Part shown: positions 54,320 through 63,972 of the stretch, piece after piece
Layout of the letters: every line of letters starts with the position of its first letter
Position numbering within the stretch: the stretch's first letter is position 1
DNA from: Methanobrevibacter sp.
GTDB taxonomy: Archaea > Methanobacteriota > Methanobacteria > Methanobacteriales > Methanobacteriaceae
Reading direction: 5' to 3'
Length of the DNA stretch: 64,000 nt
NCBI GenBank assembly: GCA_024689425.1
Contig: JAILDN010000004.1
Span: forward strand, 12,464 to 76,463
Translations under genes and position numbers: made by a program
Notes under the pieces: generated by a model
The model's database searches: none
What the model saw: only the letters and a program-made list of their open reading frames with translations
What the model was told of the DNA's origin: nothing

Positions 54320-55397
54320 TTTCCACACCCTTATTCAAAACAAAATCTACTATCCTTTTGGATGCTTCACCATTTATTTCATCAAATTGCGTCTTTGAAA
54401 ATGAGGATAATCTGGAAGTATCGACACCTTCACCAATGACCTTAATTAACTGATTACTATCAAAAACAATAGGGCCCGGAAGGTCATTTTTATAATCTAA
54501 ATAAAATCCCCTTTCATTTTCTAAATAATTATCTAAATCATAAGCGAAAAATATAATTGGTTTATTTAATAAGGAAAATTCTATCATTATTGAAGAATAA
54601 TCAGTTATTAATATATCGGCCAATAATAACAATTCCTGTTCATTTTCATAATCACTACAATCAATGTATTCCCCATCAACTGAAATATCCTCCGAATAGA
54701 ATTTCTTTATCTTAGGATGAAGTCTTAAAGCTAAAACATAATCTCCAGAAAGTTCCTCATTAAATTTATCTAAATCAATATAATCAAAAACATTGTTGAA
54801 CTGTTTATCCTCCCTAAAAGTTGGAGCATAAAGAATTATCTTTTTACTGTCATCAACAGAATATTTTTTATTGAAGTTTTCTCTTAAAGAGTTTAAATCA
54901 TGCTCTTTAAAATAATAATCTGCTCTAGGAAGGCCTAAAGCTTTAATTTTAGACTCATCAATCTGAAACGCTTCCGAATAATACTTATTGATATTTTTTG
55001 AAGTCGTGATTAAATAATCAGTATTATCTGAAATCATTTTTAACATTTCAGAAGACTCAACACTGCCTCCAAATTTTTTAAAGGCACCTGGAGCATGCCA
55101 TAATTGAATTACAAGAGTTTCTTTTTTGAAATTCATGAACGCAAATGGGAAAAAATTATCATTTAAAAATATATATTTAGAAGTGGCGAGCTTTTTAAAT
55201 GAACCAATGGAAAATTTATCCTTATAATAAAAATTAAATTCGTAATTTCCTCTTTTTTCGAATTCATCTTTAATATATTCTAAATTTCCGCTGAAAGATT
55301 TATTTGAGTCAACAATGAAAGAAACTAGATTATTTTTAATAGGAAATCTTGTAAAAATATTAAATAATTGCCCAAATACTTTATGTTTAGAATACAT
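54312..55397 (-). CDS. CDP-glycerol glycerophosphotransferase (TagF/TagB-like)
   Basis: QLWHAPGAFKKFG, LGLPRAD, ILYAPTFR, RLHP, ITDYSSIMIEF, FFAYD. Confidence 0.9.
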   Translation of the reverse strand: MYSKHKVFGQLFNIFTRFPIKNNLVSFIVDSNKSFSGNLEYIKDEFEKRGNYEFNFYYKDKFSIGSFKKLATSKYIFLNDNFFPFAFMNFKKETLVIQLWHAPGAFKKFGGSVESSEMLKMISDNTDYLITTSKNINKYYSEAFQIDESKIKALGLPRADYYFKEHDLNSLRENFNKKYSVDDSKKIILYAPTFREDKQFNNVFDYIDLDKFNEELSGDYVLALRLHPKIKKFYSEDISVDGEYIDCSDYENEQELLLLADILITDYSSIMIEFSLLNKPIIFFAYDLDNYLENERGFYLDYKNDLPGPIVFDSNQLIKVIGEGVDTSRLSSFSKTQFDEINGEASKRIVDFVLNKGVENG

Positions 55398-55404
55398 TTT
55401 TCAC

Positions 55405-56442
55405 CTACCTTGAAAAGGTATCTGTAAACTTTTCCAAAATTGCACGATATCTTCTAATAGCATTCAAATTTTTAACAGTCTTTTCATAATTATCTTCTAA
55501 AATAGGTTTAGTCAAATTAGAATAAATTCTTTCATCAAACCCTGGCTTAATGACCACTTGTTTTTTTAATAAATCGTTGTTTAACTTTATTAAATCAACC
55601 TTATCCTCATTAGACAAGTTACTTAATGTCAAACTTGTAATCCAATAAATAAAATGCATATTGAATACGTTTGAATAATATTGCTCCAACTGAGATTCAG
55701 AAAGGAATTTATCCACTTCATGATAACCTTCAACCATTTTTCCCAGATATTTTTTATTTCTAATATGGATTGTGGATCTATTTCCTTCAACATTACGAAT
55801 ATAATAGTTATAACTGAAATAATCATCTAAATAAACAGTACGTTTAGAGTTAACTAATGACTTAATAAATAAATATAAATCTTCTGCCAACATCCCCTCT
55901 AAAAATGAAATATCATTGTTAATCAAGAATTCTTTTCTAAACAATTTGCACCAAATAGCTGGGTCCAAATCAAATAATCTTAAATCTTCTCTAAAATCAT
56001 TTACAACGATATTTTCTCCGTTAAATGTTGTTTCGGTTTCTTCTTTATAAATATCAAATACTTTATAATAGTTTGTTATGACTATATCTGCATTTTCCTC
56101 TTTTGCTTTTTTATACATTACTTCAAAAGCATCTGGATTATACGTGTCATCATGATCAGAGAAAATGACAAATTCGGCGTCTGCTAAGATTAAACCAGTA
56201 TTTCGCCCTTTTCCTGGAAAACCATTATTTTCCTCTAAATAAATTGATTTGACATTTGTAAAATTCTCATCAAACAATTCAAGCAGATTTAAAGTATACT
56301 CATCATTAGAATTATCATCAACAAAAATAACCTGTATATTTTCAAAACCAATGCTTTGATACATTATTGAATCAAAGAATGCATTAAGAAATAAACCTGA
56401 ATTGAATGTTGGGACAACAACACAAACCTTATAATTTACCAT
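55405..56442 (-). CDS. GT2 glycosyltransferase (paralog of 56445-57494)
   Basis: QSIGFENIQVIFVDD, GKGRNTG, FSDHDD, AEDLYL. Confidence 0.88.
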   Translation of the reverse strand: MVNYKVCVVVPTFNSGLFLNAFFDSIMYQSIGFENIQVIFVDDNSNDEYTLNLLELFDENFTNVKSIYLEENNGFPGKGRNTGLILADAEFVIFSDHDDTYNPDAFEVMYKKAKEENADIVITNYYKVFDIYKEETETTFNGENIVVNDFREDLRLFDLDPAIWCKLFRKEFLINNDISFLEGMLAEDLYLFIKSLVNSKRTVYLDDYFSYNYYIRNVEGNRSTIHIRNKKYLGKMVEGYHEVDKFLSESQLEQYYSNVFNMHFIYWITSLTLSNLSNEDKVDLIKLNNDLLKKQVVIKPGFDERIYSNLTKPILEDNYEKTVKNLNAIRRYRAILEKFTDTFSR

Positions 56443-56444
56443 AA

Positions 56445-57494
56445 TTATCTACTCAATTTATTTTTTAACCTTGAAAATATATGTCTATCATTCATATTTC
56501 CTTGAACTTTCTCTAATCTATTTGATTCCAATACAGCTTCATCAAATTGTTTATTCAAAATACAATTGACCAATTTATCATATCTATTTTTGAAGTAAGG
56601 GTCTTTTGAATAATACTTATTAAATATATCATAAGCTTTTATAAATAATTCTTTTTTATCAGAATCATTGATTTTAGACAAAACAATTGTATACAACCAT
56701 GAAGTAAGGTGGCTTCTAAATATTAATTCACCGTATGAAGTCTGATTAATCATGACTAACATCTTATCTATTTCATAATAACCATTTAAAATAGCTTCAA
56801 TATACTTACGGTTTCTAACATGAATAGTTGATTTATCCTCTTTACTATCTCTTATTTTGTAATTATAAGAATAAAAATCATTTAGATAAATTATCCCATT
56901 TGCCTTTAAACAAGAATAAGTCGCTACATAAACATCTTCAGCCAACATTCCCTCTAAAAATGAAATATCATTTTCAATCAAAAAATTTTTCCTAAATAAT
57001 CTTGTCCAAATAGCTGCAGGAATTCTCAAAAGATTTTCATCTTCATGAATGTCTAAAACTTCTATTTCACCTGCATTCTTGTAAATTGACTTAAATGGAA
57101 TGGTTTTATCTGTGTAAACTTGATTGAAATTAGAGATTAGCATGTCATTTTCTGCAATTTTATCATACATTACCTCAAAAGCATTGCAGACATACGTGTC
57201 ATCATGATCTGCAAATATCACATAATCGGCATTTGCTAAATTTAGACCAATATTTCTGCCAGTACCCGGAAATCCTGAATTAATATCTTGAAATATGGAT
57301 TTTACATTAACATGAGAAGCATCTAGTTCTTTTAACAGTTCCAAGGTTTCACTGTCAGTAGAATTATCATCTACAAAGATAACTTCTATGTTTTCAAATC
57401 CAATGCTTTGAGCTTTAATTGAATCTAAAAACTCAATAAGATAATTTCCAGAATTATATGTTGATACAATAACAGATATTTTATAATCAGACAT
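56445..57494 (-). CDS. GT2 glycosyltransferase (paralog of 55405-56442)
   Basis: QSIGFENIEVIFVDD, GTGRNIG, FADHDD, AEDVYV. Confidence 0.88.
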   Translation of the reverse strand: MSDYKISVIVSTYNSGNYLIEFLDSIKAQSIGFENIEVIFVDDNSTDSETLELLKELDASHVNVKSIFQDINSGFPGTGRNIGLNLANADYVIFADHDDTYVCNAFEVMYDKIAENDMLISNFNQVYTDKTIPFKSIYKNAGEIEVLDIHEDENLLRIPAAIWTRLFRKNFLIENDISFLEGMLAEDVYVATYSCLKANGIIYLNDFYSYNYKIRDSKEDKSTIHVRNRKYIEAILNGYYEIDKMLVMINQTSYGELIFRSHLTSWLYTIVLSKINDSDKKELFIKAYDIFNKYYSKDPYFKNRYDKLVNCILNKQFDEAVLESNRLEKVQGNMNDRHIFSRLKNKLSR

Positions 57495-57495
57495 T

Positions 57496-59079
57496 TTAAT
57501 CAGTTAATTTATTGTATAAATTAATATATTCACCACACATTTGATTTAAATCTTTAAATTTAATTTTTGAAATATTGTCTAGTTTATTTAGATAATCCTT
57601 TTGATTAATTTTAATTATAAAGTTATATATCTCATTTACATCAGCATAATCAACTAGCCATCCTCCGCCGGTTGAGTTAATCCTTTCTTTGAGGGCACCT
57701 ATATCACTGGCTATAACCGGCAAACCTGCCATCCATGATTCAGTTAATGTATATGAATAGGTTTCAGGGCAGGTTGACAATATTAAAGAAAACGAAGGGG
57801 CTATTTCTTTGACTATTTCATTAAAATCATTTCTTTCATACCTTCCATGATTAATACCATACTTATTTAAATTTGGTATCGTAGTGCCCATAAAGTGCAA
57901 TTCCAATGAATCATTTTTATCCAATTCTTTAAGCTCTTTAATTAACAAAGACCCCTTATGCGGAGAAATATGTCCTGGAACAAGTATTTTTATAGGTTTA
58001 TAAGTTAATTCAGCATTGAATGAAGATTTGTTTATATCAATAGCATGCTCTATGACATCAAAATTATCAACATCAGGGTAAATTTTATTATACAATTCTA
58101 TTACACTTTTTGTAGGAGCAATATTTATTTTAGATGTATTTAACAAATTTTTAGATAATTCACGCCATTTTTCAAGGATTTGACCATTTGATATTGTATC
58201 ATCTTTGGAAATCCCACCACAACTTTCACAATTAAACTCACAATATTGACAATTTTTATCAACTAAATGTATAGATGGACAAATATAATAGAAATCATGT
58301 AGATTAAGCAAAAATGGAATTGATTTTTCATTGATTATATTGATTAAATCAAAACTATGATTAATTAAATGGTTAATATGAACCAAGGAAATATCTAATT
58401 TTGAAAGGATTTCATCGTAAATGATAGCCAAATCATCATTGAAAAAAAGCTTTTCAAAATTTTCTTGAGAAATGATATTGTCCCTATTATCAATTACTGA
58501 AAAATCTGTACTGAAAGAAATAGGATAATTAGCAATTTTAAACAATTTTTCTTTAACGTTCCATAATTCAATATCTTCACCATCAGACGTTAAGATAAAT
58601 GCATTGTACTCATCAGGTAAAGAATTGATAATATCCATATTAAAAAATCCTGTGCCACCAACAGTACCTATCTTTTCATGAAGAATAAACAAAATGTTTT
58701 TATTATTTTCTAAATTAAACTCTGTTAAATCCTTTTCATCAGGTTTAATTAATCTATTTTCCTTAATTCCATATAATGCATAATGGACTAATGGATTTAT
58801 ATCTACATCATCATAATAATTTTTATAAAAAACACTATCAAAGCTTCCATTAGGCTTTTTACCCTCACTAAATCCAAAGAAAATATAATGAATTAAAGGA
58901 TCCATGCCTGAAGATTTTACCTTAGGATACTTATCTAAATAGAACTCATCATCAAATAAATTATCTTCACGAATAGCATTATAACCATCTATAATCTCTT
59001 GAGCTTTTATTTCATCTTTAACCTTATATGAAATATATTTAGCTGGAAATCTGGCAAGTAACTTATTTTTAAAACTCAT
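57496..59079 (-). CDS. GT4-like (GT-B) glycosyltransferase with N-terminal FDxxFY..PLxHY repeats
   Basis: HINHL, LHDFYYICP, PETYSYTLTESWMAGLPVIASDIGALKER. Confidence 0.82.
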   Translation of the reverse strand: MSFKNKLLARFPAKYISYKVKDEIKAQEIIDGYNAIREDNLFDDEFYLDKYPKVKSSGMDPLIHYIFFGFSEGKKPNGSFDSVFYKNYYDDVDINPLVHYALYGIKENRLIKPDEKDLTEFNLENNKNILFILHEKIGTVGGTGFFNMDIINSLPDEYNAFILTSDGEDIELWNVKEKLFKIANYPISFSTDFSVIDNRDNIISQENFEKLFFNDDLAIIYDEILSKLDISLVHINHLINHSFDLINIINEKSIPFLLNLHDFYYICPSIHLVDKNCQYCEFNCESCGGISKDDTISNGQILEKWRELSKNLLNTSKINIAPTKSVIELYNKIYPDVDNFDVIEHAIDINKSSFNAELTYKPIKILVPGHISPHKGSLLIKELKELDKNDSLELHFMGTTIPNLNKYGINHGRYERNDFNEIVKEIAPSFSLILSTCPETYSYTLTESWMAGLPVIASDIGALKERINSTGGGWLVDYADVNEIYNFIIKINQKDYLNKLDNISKIKFKDLNQMCGEYINLYNKLTD

Positions 59080-60667
59080 AATCATCAATTATAATTTTTT
59101 CAAGTTTTTCTAAAAATTCTGATGCAAAGTCATTTTCTATGAAAATATTAGGAATGTCACCGTCATTATCCTCTTCATTAAAAGAAACAGAAATATCATA
59201 TCCTTCTGTTTTTAAACTATTATCAGATACTATTACTTTTACAATGTCTTTTCTAGCAATAATATTATTTAAATCGTATTTATCCGTAAATGAAAGTAAA
59301 ATATCTGAAGAGTTGCCAATATAATTATTTTCCAAATCACAAATCAGTTCAACTGTGAAACTTTTATCATTGAATTTTTTGGAAATATCAGAAATCAATT
59401 CTTTGTTAGCGCTTTTTTCCTCGTCAATCATTGTAATCTTTAACTCTTTTTCTGTGAAGAATTTCTGAGAATGGAGTTTGTCAAGGAGTAAATTTTTTGA
59501 TAAATATTGACCCCATTTATTCAAAAATATAGAGTAATTACGCTTATCGTTTGCAAAGTAACTTTCATCATTTGCCCTCGTACTTGATTCATGATGGAAT
59601 AATACGGAATTACCGGCAAATAAAACCTTATAACCCAATTTATGTAATTTTAAACAGAAATCAACATCTTCTAATCCATAAAAATATTCTTCATCCAATC
59701 CACCAAGTTCATCATAAATCCTTTTATCTATCAGATTAACCGCACCGGTAACTGAAATACACTCATTATTCCTAGTTAAAGAGGAATCAAAAATATCCAA
59801 ATTTGAATCTGATCTATTCACTGCATAAAAACAGCAAGGATACATTCTTTCGGCAAATATATCGCCACTATGTTGTATCATGTAAGAAGATTCCCTTTTA
59901 TGATTAAAATAATATGGAAAAATGAGTTTGGCTCCGACAGAAACAACATCATCATTATTTACAATAGTTCCTACTAACTCATTTAACCATCCATAAGTAG
60001 GTTCTATGTCATTATTTAGCAAAAGTAAATATTCCCCATTAGCTATTTTAGCTGCATCATTATTTCCTTTAGAAAAGCTGACATTGTTATCGTTTTCAAT
60101 GATTTGGATTGGCAAATCCAAACTTTTTAAAAAGTTAACAGACTCATCTTCTGAAGCATTATCAACAACTATTATTTCATAATTAGAGTAGTTGGTTTTC
60201 TCATTAAAATCATTAAATAAACGCTTTAAGTGATGGATACCGTTCCTATTCAATATGAGAATTGACACTAGCGGCTCTTCATCAAACTCATAATTCGTTA
60301 AGAATGATAAATTTGTTTCGCAAATTTCTTCTTTTCTTCTAATACAATAAGATTTCTGTATTAATTTACCCTCATCCTTACCATGAACAACATAATGCAA
60401 TAAAGGATTTAAATCTTCTTCTTCCACATCAGGATAAGTTTCTAAGTAAAAATCAGGGTCAAAATCAAGTGAAGGCAATTTAGATTCTTCATATCCTTTT
60501 GTTAAATAATGAGTCAATGCATCTCCTGAAACGTCATCATAGGTATTTTTGTAGAATTCTTCATCAAATAAACCGGAATTACTAACCTCATTGTAATATT
60601 TGAGGCTTTTAAGAGAAGACTTTACATCTGATTTTGATGAAGATAATAAACTAAAAATATTTACCAT
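59069..60667 (-). CDS. GT2 glycosyltransferase with N-terminal FDxxFY..PLxHY repeats
   Basis: SILILNRNG, VDNASED, LLLNND, GLEDVDFCL. Confidence 0.85.
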   Translation of the reverse strand: MVNIFSLLSSSKSDVKSSLKSLKYYNEVSNSGLFDEEFYKNTYDDVSGDALTHYLTKGYEESKLPSLDFDPDFYLETYPDVEEEDLNPLLHYVVHGKDEGKLIQKSYCIRRKEEICETNLSFLTNYEFDEEPLVSILILNRNGIHHLKRLFNDFNEKTNYSNYEIIVVDNASEDESVNFLKSLDLPIQIIENDNNVSFSKGNNDAAKIANGEYLLLLNNDIEPTYGWLNELVGTIVNNDDVVSVGAKLIFPYYFNHKRESSYMIQHSGDIFAERMYPCCFYAVNRSDSNLDIFDSSLTRNNECISVTGAVNLIDKRIYDELGGLDEEYFYGLEDVDFCLKLHKLGYKVLFAGNSVLFHHESSTRANDESYFANDKRNYSIFLNKWGQYLSKNLLLDKLHSQKFFTEKELKITMIDEEKSANKELISDISKKFNDKSFTVELICDLENNYIGNSSDILLSFTDKYDLNNIIARKDIVKVIVSDNSLKTEGYDISVSFNEEDNDGDIPNIFIENDFASEFLEKLEKIIIDDYEF

Positions 60668-61696
60668 TTATTCACCTTTATTTTTAATATTTCTAAGTTT
60701 ACTAGTTAATTTCCAAGAGGTTGAATTTCTAATTCCTTCAATTTCTCTATCCCAATGATCTCTTACTTGATTTAAAGCTTCCGCTTCATCCCTTAAAGCA
60801 TCAATATCATTAAATAATAAAGTAATTTCCTCTTTTGTTAATATATTTTTTTCTTGAATATTGCCTTCTAAAGATTTAATTAAATTCCTACTCGTTATAT
60901 AATCATCTAATTCAACTTTATGATGATAATCATCTTGTTTGGTCCAATAATCATTAATCCAAATATATTCTGATGCAACAGATGGATGAAAATTATTTTT
61001 CCACATTAAATAGGTAAAACTAAGCTGATCCTGGTTTGTATAGTTAATAATTTCTTCCCACCATTTTTCCATTAAAGAAATAACAGTTGGATCATTATGC
61101 TTTCTGAACAAAGCTCCAAGTGAAGGTAACCCATAATGAAGAGGCATCCCTTCATTTCTATATTTTTCAACTTGTTTTGTTATGGTATAATTTGAATAAC
61201 GAGGGAATTGAATGGAACTCATGGCCTCATCAAAGATACAGTCACGCTCTGGATGAACAACTATAAGCATCGGAGAGTTAATATACTTGTATACATATTC
61301 CCGAATGCTTCCAACTAATTTAAAAGATCCGTCAATCCAAAAACTATATTCATTATCCGGAAAATATTTGTGCGGAAACACTTTATATTGCTTTGCTATC
61401 CTATTGTCATCTAATGTTGAATCTTCCATTTGAATAATTTCCCAAGTATCAGACTCCAAATTGGGATTTTGGGTAAAGCAGACATACCTTGTATTCTCAT
61501 CAATGAATTCAGGTTCTTTAAGTGAATCATATTCTCCTGTAAAAGCAGTATAAACAACCAATTCTTTATTTTTAATATCTTCAACAATCTCATTATCAAC
61601 TATATTCGGTTGAAATAAATCGCTTAAAACAAAGCCATCTACATTAGATTCATATCTGGTTCTTACCACTTCATAAGGATCAACATCATCATTCAT
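60668..61696 (-). CDS. DUF616-like glycosyltransferase with C-terminal coiled coil
   Basis: VYTAFTGEYD, SFWIDGS, HPERDCIFDE, DQLSF; C-terminal heptads ending STSWKLT. Confidence 0.75.
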   Translation of the reverse strand: MNDDVDPYEVVRTRYESNVDGFVLSDLFQPNIVDNEIVEDIKNKELVVYTAFTGEYDSLKEPEFIDENTRYVCFTQNPNLESDTWEIIQMEDSTLDDNRIAKQYKVFPHKYFPDNEYSFWIDGSFKLVGSIREYVYKYINSPMLIVVHPERDCIFDEAMSSIQFPRYSNYTITKQVEKYRNEGMPLHYGLPSLGALFRKHNDPTVISLMEKWWEEIINYTNQDQLSFTYLMWKNNFHPSVASEYIWINDYWTKQDDYHHKVELDDYITSRNLIKSLEGNIQEKNILTKEEITLLFNDIDALRDEAEALNQVRDHWDREIEGIRNSTSWKLTSKLRNIKNKGE

Positions 61697-61800
61697 AAAA
61701 ATCAGCAAAATACATTTATATTAATGATTTATATCTTTTAGATATTATTAAATATATCTAAAAAAATGAAAAATAGAAAAGAATTAATTAATAATTCTAA

Positions 61801-62091
61801 TTAAGGGAAAAATGCCATCATTCCAGGTATTGATTCTACCATAGCTTGAATACCTAAAATGAATATTGCAAGTCCTCCAATAAAATTAATATATCTTGCG
61901 TATTTAATAGCAACCCTAGTACCTAAAGTACCTATTAATAACCAGCACAGGACAGCGCAAAAACTTAAAATAGCTAATCCCACAGGATTAACACAAGCAC
62001 TAACACCTTGAGCTGCTAAAATAAGGTTTTCAATGTTTCCAAAAACTATTAGGCCAATAAATTGTTTTAGCTCACTAGCCAATTCATTCAC
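61801..62091 (-). CDS. Small 3-TM membrane protein (paralog of 62084-62350); start GTG 62091 or TTG 62082
   Basis: GLIVFGNIENLILAAQGV..FIGGLAIFILGIQAM; overlaps the stop of the upstream paralog. Confidence 0.75.
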   Translation of the reverse strand: MNELASELKQFIGLIVFGNIENLILAAQGVSACVNPVGLAILSFCAVLCWLLIGTLGTRVAIKYARYINFIGGLAIFILGIQAMVESIPGMMAFFP

Positions 62092-62350
62092 CCCTAATAG
62101 ATTCCAACATTGCTTGAGCACCTAAAATAAAAATAATTAAACCGCCAATGAAATCTATAAAATCAACATATGGAAGAGCAATTTGAGTTCCAAAGGTTCC
62201 GATAGCCAACCACATAGCTACAGCACAGAAACTTGCTATACCTAATTTAACTGGATTAACACCAGCTACAACACCCTGTGAAGAAAGCACTAGATTTTCA
62301 ATATTTCCGAATATGATTAAACCAACAAACGGCAAATATTCTTCCAACAT
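62084..62350 (-). CDS. Small 3-TM membrane protein
   Basis: GLIIFGNIENLVLSSQGV..FIGGLIIFILGAQAM; GGTGA RBS. Confidence 0.8.
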   Translation of the reverse strand: MLEEYLPFVGLIIFGNIENLVLSSQGVVAGVNPVKLGIASFCAVAMWLAIGTFGTQIALPYVDFIDFIGGLIIFILGAQAMLESIRGE

Positions 62351-62439
62351 CTTTAATCACCATTCCCCTAATTTCGGAATCCCACTTCCGATGTAATTCC
62401 TATCCAATAAATACTATTAACATTTAAAAATATATAAAA

Positions 62440-63972
62440 CTATCCTAAATTTGAAAGAATATCATCCCACAATGAAACCCTATCCTCTACATTATAATCA
62501 GAAGAAATGACTTTTAAAGCATTTTGACGAATATTTTCTCTTAAATCCTTATTTAAAATTAGTTTTTCTATTTTTTCAACCCATTCACTATCGTTGCTAG
62601 CTAAAAATCCATTAACGCCATCTTTAACGACAGTATTATAAACACACATATCCGAATAAACACCCGGTATTGCTAAAACGGCCAATTCAATGAATTTCAA
62701 TTCACTTTTACATTGATTGAAAGAAGAATTTTCAAGGGGGACAACAGCAATGTCCCAATCAACGGCTTTTGACAGCCAAGGCATAAATTTTTCAAAATCC
62801 ATATTATTGGGAGGAAGTTCAATAGCTTTAAACCAGTCCCCATCAACATTATCTTCGGCATTAAATCCGCCAATTACCTCAAAATCAAAGTCATGCTTCT
62901 CTTTTAATTTTAAAATAACATCTTTAATTAAGAATAAATCTTTAGAATGAGTTAATGTACCATAATAACCTAATTTAAGCCTACCTTCAGTTTTTATATC
63001 TTTTTTAATATCGAAAACCGAGTTTACATAATAATTAGGTATAATTACAGTTTTATTTTCATCAAATTTTGATGCTAAAGTTGGAGTTGAAACGGTTATT
63101 ACATCAGATGCATCAATGAAATCTTCAATAGATTTAGAAACTCTTGTTACATATTCATAAGATGGACTGTTTTCTTCAACGCCCAATAAATCATCATCGG
63201 TCTCATAAACTAATTTAATATCGTATTTTTTACATTTTTCACGCAAAACATCTAAAAACGGTAAAATCCTTTGAACAACAACCACATCAAATAGCTTACA
63301 CCTTAAAATATTGTCAATATCCATCATTACAAAAGAATCCATACCATACATGAAAAAAGTATATTTTTCACTTTTAGATAACTCAGAAAACAAAGCATGA
63401 ATCCTGATATATGGACAAGGAGCTAAATTTTCAAAAGGATCATTTGTAAACACTCCAACGCGAATTCTATCCATGTCAATAGGAGTATCACGTTGAATAT
63501 ACGGAATTAAAGTTCGTTTATCTCTAATATAATAGGAATTTGAAACAATTTCAGCTACCTTTTTCCTTTCATTTGAAAAATACTGGTCGAAAATAGGTTC
63601 TTCCAAAGAGTTAATATAATTATTATCTAAAACATTAATGTTATTGTTATTAAAAAATCCTTCCAATACAAAGTCTAAAATAGGATTATCACAATTATAC
63701 GTGTTTTTATAGAAATCTAAATTAAAAACATCACTAATATAACTTTGCTGTATCTCTAAAGAGTCAGTTATTCCATAATAAAGATAATGTAAGATATAAT
63801 CCAAATCATTTAAGTTTCCATGAACTTCTAAGTATTTATCTTCATTAATGATATCTAAATTTTTAATCCTCAAATATGCTTTTTTATATTGAGAAATTTT
63901 TTGAGGATTCCCCTTAGATTTTAATGCAATATACCTATTTGGATTATTTTTAATTGATTTAGAAAAAAACAT
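62440..63972 (-). CDS. GT-B glycosyltransferase with degenerate N-terminal repeats
   Basis: YIRIHALF, VVVQR, YETDDDL, YYGTLTH, KSELKFIELAVLAIPGVYS. Confidence 0.8.
   Translation of the reverse strand: MFFSKSIKNNPNRYIALKSKGNPQKISQYKKAYLRIKNLDIINEDKYLEVHGNLNDLDYILHYLYYGITDSLEIQQSYISDVFNLDFYKNTYNCDNPILDFVLEGFFNNNNINVLDNNYINSLEEPIFDQYFSNERKKVAEIVSNSYYIRDKRTLIPYIQRDTPIDMDRIRVGVFTNDPFENLAPCPYIRIHALFSELSKSEKYTFFMYGMDSFVMMDIDNILRCKLFDVVVVQRILPFLDVLREKCKKYDIKLVYETDDDLLGVEENSPSYEYVTRVSKSIEDFIDASDVITVSTPTLASKFDENKTVIIPNYYVNSVFDIKKDIKTEGRLKLGYYGTLTHSKDLFLIKDVILKLKEKHDFDFEVIGGFNAEDNVDGDWFKAIELPPNNMDFEKFMPWLSKAVDWDIAVVPLENSSFNQCKSELKFIELAVLAIPGVYSDMCVYNTVVKDGVNGFLASNDSEWVEKIEKLILNKDLRENIRQNALKVISSDYNVEDRVSLWDDILSNLG

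Noticed and set aside
267-62950. Numerous short ORFs antisense to or overlapping real genes (e.g. 5650-5943, 9090-9590, 10913-11707, 34420-34743, 36908-37315, 62717-62950)
   Set aside because: They lie wholly within well-supported genes on another frame or strand, with no RBS or family motifs; they are shadow ORFs.
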